From: a virus
DNA length: 64,000 nucleotides
Virus record (IMG/VR): IMGVR_UViG_3300045988_104520
Strand: one strand, 5' to 3'
Under the pieces are notes generated by a model. It was not told the DNA's origin. It saw nothing but the letters and a program-made list of their open reading frames with translations, and searched no databases. Shown piece by piece: positions 57,537 to 64,000 of this stretch; positions within the stretch are counted from its first letter, which is position 1; every line of letters begins with the position of its first letter. A program made the position numbers and the translations under genes.

Positions 57537-60352
57537 TATTTGGTCCTCCTTCTTCTTTTATTTTCGTCATCTTCTTCATTTAAACTTCTCAAGTAAGGTG
57601 TAGAATAATCACCCATATTCATCACATCCTGATTACCTTGAACGTAAATAATTTGACCACTTGGAAGCATTCTCATATTCGGAGCTATGGAAGCTATGGT
57701 ATTCAACGATGTACGAACATTAAACTTATTCTGTATCTCACTGTTTATGCTGTCATAATAACGAGCAAGATTTTCATCCCTTATAGCCATAGCCTTCAAT
57801 AACCCAGATTCATAACGTTGCCTTTCCGCTATGTTCTTATCGTCTGTCTGAACATAAGCCATTTCATTGAATCTATCAGCTTCGTTTATTTGCCTTGCGT
57901 TATTGAAATTTACTTCGTTAATGTACTTGGCTATATTGCTTCCGGCTATGGCGTTCATATTAGCCAGAATAGCGGAGCGCTGGGAGTCGGGCACGTCACC
58001 TACTGCGTCCAACTGAGCCGATGTCGCGCGGTTGAGCTCGTTGATATACTGATCAGCAGATTGAAGAACCGGGTCTATTCTCGGAGCCTGATGCCTTTCC
58101 AGACCTTCTATCTCCAAGCCTGTATCGAGCGTTCTCAGCATCTCCGGGAAAATAGGACCGAACGCCGCCGGTCTGCCCTGTCCTTTAGGTCCGTTGTCTT
58201 CAACCACCTCCTCTGTATCGGTGTCGGTTGCAGTCGTAGGCGTACTTGCTTTCGGTTTTACCTCTATCCTTCCAGTAGATCCAATCTTAGGCGGTGTAAG
58301 GCCTGGTGCTATGGGACCGGCCTCAATAGGCTTCATTTCTGGTTTAACAGACTCAAGAACGAAGTCTATTTCCGGCATTAACCCACTATCTCTTAAAGCA
58401 ACAAACTTATTATAATCGGAGCCCAGAATCTTCTTAGCGGCATCAGATTTATCACCAAATAAGTCAACATAATTCTTTATCCCTTTTTCGTTTAACAATC
58501 TTTTTTGCTCTGCCGAAACAACGTCCAACCCATAATAAGAACGAGTAGCTGTTGTCTGACCAAACTTATCATCTACGGCAAATGAATTATAAGCCTGATT
58601 CCCTCCGTAGCTTCCGGCGTCCTGGCCCCAGAATCCGTATTCATCTCTGAATTTCTTGGCTGCATCAGCATTCGTAATAGCGCCTACATCAGCTAACGCC
58701 CACAATGCATTTAATTGCCTGTTGTATCCTTTCTGGAAACCTTCTGTATCAAAATCACCATCCGTATTGTACTTGTTAGCCCATCGGTTTATGTCGAGCA
58801 AATTAGATACCGCCTTATCATTTACCCTGCCGTATCCTAAATTGCTTCTATGTTGGAGATTCTGGTTGGCATTGACACTGGAATCAGGATTAAGAATCTG
58901 CTCACGACCACTAACATCAGATACAGTCATATTAAGAGTTCGTCCAAATAACTGATTGATAAGCTTATTGTAGCCGATAGCATTCTTTCTAAGTTCCTCC
59001 AGCTCCTTCTGAGTAGGTCCACCTTCAGCCATTTTCCTGGTTTGCTTAACATACTCGTCATATATCCAGTTCTTGGCATCTGATTCTGCAATATTAAAAG
59101 CCTTGGCTTGTTTCTTTACCTGATTCAGATCAACAACCCCGCCATACCTGAAGAAAGCATCCATCTTCTCGTTACGCTTAGATTCTTCCTGTTTGCCATA
59201 AACGATTTCAGCGAAAGAACGAAATTGTACTTCAAGCTCGTCTATCTCTTTCTGGTTTTCATTGACGTACTTGGAAAGAATAGAAGCATTAAGATTAGAT
59301 GTATTTTTATCTTTTACATCTTCATTTTTCTCTAATCTCTTATATACACGCTCCTGATCTTCATACTTATCAGACAAACCGATCTTCTTCTTATATCGAT
59401 CAAGGAGTGTAGCATACGTATCTTTAGACGTTGCCTTAATACCGTAGTTTTCTCTAACGTAAGAGGCGAACTCATCATCTATCTTACGATAATCGGAAAC
59501 AATATAAGCTTCCGGTAAATCAACTGGCGTGCCTCCATTCTCATGCCTGTTTCCTTTAGCTTCCATAGGCCCCACTGAATCAGGCGTCAGCACATACTCG
59601 CCTTTCTCTATCTCTACGTTAGCATTATCCTCCATAGATTTAGGAAGAGGATAAATATATTCGCCGGTCATATCAGACGTATCCATCTTCTGACCGTTAC
59701 CTAAATTCACGCCACCACCTTCACGTTCCCACTTGATGAATTGCTGACGACGCTCCTTGGCAAGTTTTTCCCTTGCAGCCTGCTCGTCTCTGCTGGCAGC
59801 ATATGCAGCAGATGAAGCTCCCATGATATTACGGGTAAGACCTAATCCTAAACTAACACCAGATAAGGCAGCTTGAGCCACGTTAGCGCCCACCTTATTA
59901 CCAGCTCGTATCCTGCCAAGGCTGGATCCGAACATCTGAGCTCTGCTGGTTAGGTCGGGTGAGTAATATGGGATAGTCATAGGATCGAGAGGATTTCCAT
60001 CCTGTGATCGCTTTTCTTTTGATTGATTTTCTTCTTTATCAACACTAACAATAGTTCCTTTGGGCATAGACTTAGGATCGAACGTATTGTTATTACTTAC
60101 ATTCATAGTCGGAATAGAAGGTTCTTGCATTTTTATAGTAGAATAGTCAGGACCTATAATATTGTCAAATCCTGCCTCCATCATGTCTATTTCCGAATTT
60201 ATCTCACTCATACCAGGAACATTGGACATATCCATATCAATATAAGGATTAGATGTCGTATCAGCCTGTTGTGTAACATCCTGAACACTACCACCAGGAG
60301 CGAATACCGGACGATTTTTTATGATTCGTAATCTCATATCATCTTTTTTCAC
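57536..60352 (-). CDS. Large virion-associated protein (938 aa). The track start is GTG; an in-frame ATG 15 nt downstream (about 60337) may be the true start.
   Basis: 2.8-kb ORF; a TATCTTTG box overlaps the GTG. Confidence 0.8.
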   Translation of the reverse strand: MKKDDMRLRIIKNRPVFAPGGSVQDVTQQADTTSNPYIDMDMSNVPGMSEINSEIDMMEAGFDNIIGPDYSTIKMQEPSIPTMNVSNNNTFDPKSMPKGTIVSVDKEENQSKEKRSQDGNPLDPMTIPYYSPDLTSRAQMFGSSLGRIRAGNKVGANVAQAALSGVSLGLGLTRNIMGASSAAYAASRDEQAAREKLAKERRQQFIKWEREGGGVNLGNGQKMDTSDMTGEYIYPLPKSMEDNANVEIEKGEYVLTPDSVGPMEAKGNRHENGGTPVDLPEAYIVSDYRKIDDEFASYVRENYGIKATSKDTYATLLDRYKKKIGLSDKYEDQERVYKRLEKNEDVKDKNTSNLNASILSKYVNENQKEIDELEVQFRSFAEIVYGKQEESKRNEKMDAFFRYGGVVDLNQVKKQAKAFNIAESDAKNWIYDEYVKQTRKMAEGGPTQKELEELRKNAIGYNKLINQLFGRTLNMTVSDVSGREQILNPDSSVNANQNLQHRSNLGYGRVNDKAVSNLLDINRWANKYNTDGDFDTEGFQKGYNRQLNALWALADVGAITNADAAKKFRDEYGFWGQDAGSYGGNQAYNSFAVDDKFGQTTATRSYYGLDVVSAEQKRLLNEKGIKNYVDLFGDKSDAAKKILGSDYNKFVALRDSGLMPEIDFVLESVKPEMKPIEAGPIAPGLTPPKIGSTGRIEVKPKASTPTTATDTDTEEVVEDNGPKGQGRPAAFGPIFPEMLRTLDTGLEIEGLERHQAPRIDPVLQSADQYINELNRATSAQLDAVGDVPDSQRSAILANMNAIAGSNIAKYINEVNFNNARQINEADRFNEMAYVQTDDKNIAERQRYESGLLKAMAIRDENLARYYDSINSEIQNKFNVRTSLNTIASIAPNMRMLPSGQIIYVQGNQDVMNMGDYSTPYLRSLNEEDDENKRRRRTK

Positions 60353-60405
60353 AAAGATAAGAGAAACGAACGAGAAAATCCAACGTTATGGGATACGTTT
60401 AAAAA

Positions 60406-61425
60406 TCAATCATGTACGGAAGACAAACCACCCGAATCAGGGTCGTACTTAAGACCGCATGCCATGCGATAGTTCTTAAGCGCTCTCTTGTACAAAAACA
60501 GCACCGTCTTGGAAACTATTTTCTTCATAGATTTGGTTAAAACCTCTTCTGTTGAAACAGACATCAGACAGCTATTCAAGAACGACCTGACATTAGAACC
60601 GAACAAGGTCTTCACCATTTTTCTAAACGTTCTAAAAATATATGATGCAGAAAGAGACTTTAACCCATTGCGAGCCAGTCTCTTATTAATATAATTAATG
60701 GCTTTTTCAGATAGACAAAGCCTGCTCTTTCCTTGACTGTCCACCTCTGACGAGAACCACGAATACAAGGTGGTAGGATGTTTCTTGAGATGATTGATGA
60801 AGGAAGTCATTATCCCTTCTTTCAAAGTCCTTTTGTGGGCTACACATGCAGCAATCTTCTCTTCTCTTTTTAAAGAGCTGTCAAGGCACCTAAACACCGT
60901 CCTATCGTCTCCAATAAAATACTGAGGACGTTCTTCTTTAAACTTAGCCCGATAAGCGGCATATCCTTCCTTACGGAGCATATCTATCTGAGACCGGATA
61001 TAGAACCTTACACACTTTTCTTCGGCTTCTTGCACGCTTTTAAGATAAGGAACTGACTTTCTCCCATATCGAAGATAGTCATAAACCATAGCCTCTATGA
61101 AGTCATTGTATGGGAAGAATCTTCCAAAACCAAAGTTCCAAACTATGAAACATCGCACTCTATCTTTCCAGTAATCAGATATAAGAAAGTTACTACAATA
61201 TCTCAACTTCCTGTCTTTCTGATAGAAATGATGAGTATGTTTGTCGTAAAATAGATTAAAATATCTCAAATTGCCTAAACACTGACCGGATGGACGGCGT
61301 ACTACATTATACCCTAAGTTGCTGAAGCTATTGTATATAACTTCTATCGGAGAGACCGGCTCTTTCTTAAAGAGCTTGTCGTGTAACTTGTGAGGATCTG
61401 TTATTTCTTTTAACTTTGTGTCCAT
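60406..61425 (-). CDS. Hypothetical protein (339 aa), basic, Tyr/Phe-rich
   Basis: Intact ORF with a canonical -33 TTTG / -7 TATCTTTG promoter upstream. Confidence 0.65.
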   Translation of the reverse strand: MDTKLKEITDPHKLHDKLFKKEPVSPIEVIYNSFSNLGYNVVRRPSGQCLGNLRYFNLFYDKHTHHFYQKDRKLRYCSNFLISDYWKDRVRCFIVWNFGFGRFFPYNDFIEAMVYDYLRYGRKSVPYLKSVQEAEEKCVRFYIRSQIDMLRKEGYAAYRAKFKEERPQYFIGDDRTVFRCLDSSLKREEKIAACVAHKRTLKEGIMTSFINHLKKHPTTLYSWFSSEVDSQGKSRLCLSEKAINYINKRLARNGLKSLSASYIFRTFRKMVKTLFGSNVRSFLNSCLMSVSTEEVLTKSMKKIVSKTVLFLYKRALKNYRMACGLKYDPDSGGLSSVHD

Positions 61426-61443
61426 ATTGATATTCTTTTAGTG

Positions 61444-61474
61444 CAAAGATATGGTTTTTTATCATACGCTCAAA
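61444..61474 (-). promoter_or_regulatory. Canonical Bacteroides-type promoter (minus strand): -33 TTTG, 19-nt spacer, -7 TATCTTTG, ~23 nt to the ATG at 61425
   Basis: Plus strand CAAAGATA (61444-61451) and CAAA (61471-61474) read directly. Confidence 0.5.
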
Positions 61475-61489
61475 GAAGAAAATGCACGG

Positions 61490-61531
61490 CCTTGTATCCG
61501 GTTTGAGAGAAATAGGATACAAGGTTTTTTT
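61490..61531. terminator. Strong intrinsic terminator hairpin (10-bp perfect stem CCTTGTATCC/GGATACAAGG, 15-nt loop, T7 on plus; T-rich flank also on minus)
   Basis: Read directly; sits immediately upstream (minus sense) of the promoter above. Confidence 0.75.
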
Positions 61532-61748
61532 GTTTTATGACGGTTTGGATAAGAGACGGGAAAACGGTTCTGAACGTAACTGACTGACTGTCAGGGGTGG
61601 GACAACAAATCTTGAATTAAAACTACGCCTATTAATAGTCTCCGTTTTCCTTAATATTAAGACCATTTTCAATGATCTTACCCATTATATCATTTATATT
61701 ATTTTATATACTTTAATATTTATTCATATAATTGTTTACAGTGAATGA

Positions 61749-61924
61749 ACTTAACGACCGAAGGGAGTTAAGTGAGTGAACAGATTAACAAATTACTTTT
61801 TCCGTCTATTGTATTGTTTGCCTAATTGTGTTAAAGGATTGAGTATCGTGACCGAAGGGAACGATGCGAAAGAACATATAACATTTAAAAAACGACTGAA
61901 CCTATCGACTGAAAGGAGATAGGT
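61749..61924 (+). promoter_or_regulatory. Three hairpins (61749-61773, 61843-61867, 61900-61924) with 7-bp covarying stems and a conserved 11-nt loop GAC(C/T)GAA(G/A)GGA
   Basis: Stems ACTTAAC/GTTAAGT, GTATCGT/ACGATGC and ACCTATC/GATAGGT. The loop change C to T is compensated by G to A, preserving an inner 2-bp stem around a GAA triloop with flanking tandem G/A. Confidence 0.6.
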
Positions 61925-62184
61925 GATGGAGTGACGTTAATAGTTATATTAGGTAGCCAGTGGAGAATTAGGCAGGCTGGTAGGCGAGACGGGCTCCCAT
62001 GCCCGTCAGGACAGTGGAGGTACGTAGGTCTGTTCTGTTAAACCAAGGCGATGATAGTTCCATCCTTCACGAAATCGCACAAAAAAGCCGGATTATCTTG
62101 ATATCGTTCTTCAACCTTCGGTATCCGCATAACGAGTCTCAAATCCGGCTTCGCTTTATTAATATGATAAATAAAATAATTGTT

Positions 62185-63975
62185 CTAATTGTCAGTGACG
62201 CCTTTAATGCGAAGCTGAATATTGGGAAGCACGGCATTAATCAAAGCCATTTTCTTATCCTCTTCGCTTTCTTTTTGATTCTGTCTATACATCATATTAT
62301 AATCACTGTCATCACCATCCTTTTTCCCGTCTAACGTCAGTAAATGATTTATGATGTCCTTACCATACGTTTCAGTCCATGTACGGAATCTCTCTTCCTC
62401 GGACTGTCCCTCCTGGGACGGGGCTTCCGGGTTAGGGAGGGCGGCTGCCACTTCTACCTCTGGAAGTGTTACCGATGCTGCTATTTCACCATCATCTCCG
62501 AATCCCATTTGGCCATACGAAGATACGGAATTGGAATTTTCTTCAATTTCCAAACCAAGATTTTTAGCAACTTCCATAGCATAGTTATAACGGTCATCAT
62601 TTCTTATAACACTTTTATGAGGACGTCCTGCTCCTTGGTTCCAAGCTACTACAGCATCTTTAAGGTTATCGGCGTTCATAAAATCCTGCCGGCTATAGTT
62701 GTAATACCCTGGTCCTTCTTTTCCTTTTCTTGTGTATAAGAAATTAGAATATCCGGTTTTCCCTTCGTATTCGTCAGCTAAGAACTCAAGTTGGTCTTTG
62801 AATGTGGGTGTAGAATGACCTTTCTTTTTGGCATGCTTGAATAACTTATCCATGCGTTCATTATGCCATTGCTGTATGCCGTATGATGTTCTATTGTCTC
62901 CATATATGTCATCTTTAAGACCGGATTCAGCCATGAGATTACCTATGATGGCAAGCGCCTGTATCTTGGACATACCCCTCTTATTAGTAAAGTAATCATA
63001 TGCTTCACGCTGTTTTCCAACCACTCCACCTTCTTTCATCTTACTTACATCATCTACTACACCTAATGTTGATATAATAGGATTTGCAATATCAAGTACA
63101 TCATCTACCCTATTCCCATATCTTCCCATAAAAGACATATTCCTTATCACATTCGTTCCTCCTATTGCCTCGGCGGCTCCACCAAGTATGCCGGCGTAGT
63201 TAAAAGTATTATCTCCTTCTGGATCTAAGGCAATCTGGCTTCCGTCAACACCCACATTAGACAATCCAGCTATGGTTTGTATTTTGCTACTTTCTGCTAT
63301 TGTCTTAAGAATCGGCATCAACCTTAATCCCATTTTGTTATATAATCTGAGCATTCCTGGTGTAGAAGAAGCAACGTCCGCAAGTGTAAGCAAAGATTCG
63401 GCCATTAACTTATAAGGGTAAGCATCCTCCCTGCTCTTGTTCTCCCTCTCTTCTTTAGCATCATCAATTCCCTCTTTTACCTTATCTATATCTATAGAAT
63501 CTAAAAGATTATTTATAATAGCTCCTATTTCTTCCCCGTTTCCATCTTTGGATATTATCAAATTTCCTATTTCACTATTTGAAAACCCGGCTATTCTTCT
63601 AAATTCGTCCTCATCAATTTCACCTTTTTCAAGATCTGAATGAGCTTGTTCAAGTAATCTCCTCCTCTTTTCTTGCCACTCCCCATTGTCATCTTGTCTT
63701 TTTATAACCTCATCTCTCTTGTCTGGATTGCTCCACCAATACTTAGCTTCTCCACCTTCTTCGTATTTCCTTACAAACCTTTTAGGTAAAGCCTTGTCAT
63801 TATTTCGAAGCACACTACCTTTCTTAGGATCGTATTTGATACGTTCCCTTATTCTAAGAGGGACATCCCTTTCCGGTATGATGTCTTCCGCTATCTTCTT
63901 TCGACTAAAATCATAATCATCCTTCACATCTAACATACCGGCATCAGGATCCCATCTTACACTGAAATTCTTCAA
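62185..63975 (-). CDS. Virion/tail-associated peptidoglycan hydrolase (phage tail lysozyme-like domain)
   Basis: ALAIIGNLMAESGLKDD...YGIQQWHNERMDKL matches the tail-lysozyme pattern (GN..ES ... G.QW). Confidence 0.75.
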   Translation of the reverse strand: MKNFSVRWDPDAGMLDVKDDYDFSRKKIAEDIIPERDVPLRIRERIKYDPKKGSVLRNNDKALPKRFVRKYEEGGEAKYWWSNPDKRDEVIKRQDDNGEWQEKRRRLLEQAHSDLEKGEIDEDEFRRIAGFSNSEIGNLIISKDGNGEEIGAIINNLLDSIDIDKVKEGIDDAKEERENKSREDAYPYKLMAESLLTLADVASSTPGMLRLYNKMGLRLMPILKTIAESSKIQTIAGLSNVGVDGSQIALDPEGDNTFNYAGILGGAAEAIGGTNVIRNMSFMGRYGNRVDDVLDIANPIISTLGVVDDVSKMKEGGVVGKQREAYDYFTNKRGMSKIQALAIIGNLMAESGLKDDIYGDNRTSYGIQQWHNERMDKLFKHAKKKGHSTPTFKDQLEFLADEYEGKTGYSNFLYTRKGKEGPGYYNYSRQDFMNADNLKDAVVAWNQGAGRPHKSVIRNDDRYNYAMEVAKNLGLEIEENSNSVSSYGQMGFGDDGEIAASVTLPEVEVAAALPNPEAPSQEGQSEEERFRTWTETYGKDIINHLLTLDGKKDGDDSDYNMMYRQNQKESEEDKKMALINAVLPNIQLRIKGVTDN

Positions 63976-64000
63976 CGCACCTAATCCGGAAGCTTCGTTT

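Noticed and set aside
31842-59335. Numerous 60-190-aa plus-strand ORFs inside the giant minus-strand genes (e.g. 32463-32819, 33266-33745, 48637-49032, 57818-58381)
   Set aside because: They are antisense to long uninterrupted ORFs, have low-complexity translations and no start context. Treated as spurious.
31367-60352. Assigning one giant ORF as the virion RNA polymerase
   Set aside because: None of the five large proteins shows DxDGD or another recognisable DPBB or single-subunit RNAP motif on manual inspection. Only positional analogy supports it, so no RNAP call was made.
61999-62334. Plus-strand 111-aa ORF downstream of the three hairpins
   Set aside because: Its second half is antisense to the lysozyme gene and the translation is Ile/Leu/Phe low-complexity. 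It may be non-coding, although a short plus-strand transcript here cannot be excluded.
4960-62470. Recurrent 60-120-bp GC-rich patches inside AT-rich genes (e.g. 4960-5040, 6628-6690, 9600-9730, 15240-15330, 18640-18700, 25600-25670, 29820-29930, 36090-36170, 41030-41140, 49440-49500, 58130-58260, 62390-62470), considered as horizontally acquired inserts or hidden elements
   Set aside because: Most are in frame and encode Pro/Ala/Gly/Arg-rich linkers or motif-dense segments (zinc finger, helicase motif III, DnaB C-terminus). They are more simply explained by amino-acid composition than by foreign DNA. 6628-6690 additionally contains two GC palindromes (GCCAGCCTGGC, TGGCCAGGGCCA) and is the only one worth a second look.

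Overview
This 64-kb window reads as an AT-rich, densely coding bacteriophage genome segment with two convergent gene blocks.

- Left end (1 to ~530): iterated direct repeats, then a ~200-bp C-depleted, AAGG(T)A-rich stretch. This is a candidate origin, packaging or regulatory region.
- 1.1-31.2 kb, plus strand: about 58 tightly packed, often overlapping small genes forming an early/replication module.
  - DnaG-type primase (15202-16215).
  - DnaB-like helicase (17637-18764).
  - SF2 DEAH-type helicase (25172-26602).
  - Two PD-(D/E)XK (RecB/Cas4-like) nucleases (13316-14632; 23288-24307). The second has a C-terminal 4-Cys cluster.
  - An HNH endonuclease.
  - A standalone ABC-type ATPase.
  - Unexpectedly, an acyl-carrier-protein-like gene directly followed by an NfeD-like membrane protein and a FloT-type flotillin (SPFH) gene (20299-22768).
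- 31.4-64 kb, minus strand: virion/ejection module.
  - Giant ORFs of 2148, 2239, 1007, 938 and 752 aa.
  - A tail-lysozyme-domain protein (62185-63975).
  - An accessory island of small genes (37956-44746) that includes a Bro-N anti-repressor-like protein and a DUF2829-family protein.

The architecture is most consistent with a crAss-like phage of a Bacteroidota host. The supporting observations are giant virion proteins in the same transcription unit as the tail lysozyme, the DnaG + DnaB + SF2 helicase set, convergent modules, and Bacteroides-type TAnnTTTG promoter boxes. This is inference from the sequence, not a database result.

I could not support any rRNA, CRISPR array, integrase/transposase or canonical tRNA. 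Two T-arm-like elements upstream of the ORFs at 1092 and 1924 are reported as unresolved.

The strongest non-coding signals are:
- three hairpins with a conserved 11-nt loop and covarying stems (61749-61924);
- a 35-nt near-identical direct repeat at 7651-7685 and 38763-38797.

Coordinates of non-ORF features were counted by hand and may be off by 1-3 nt.
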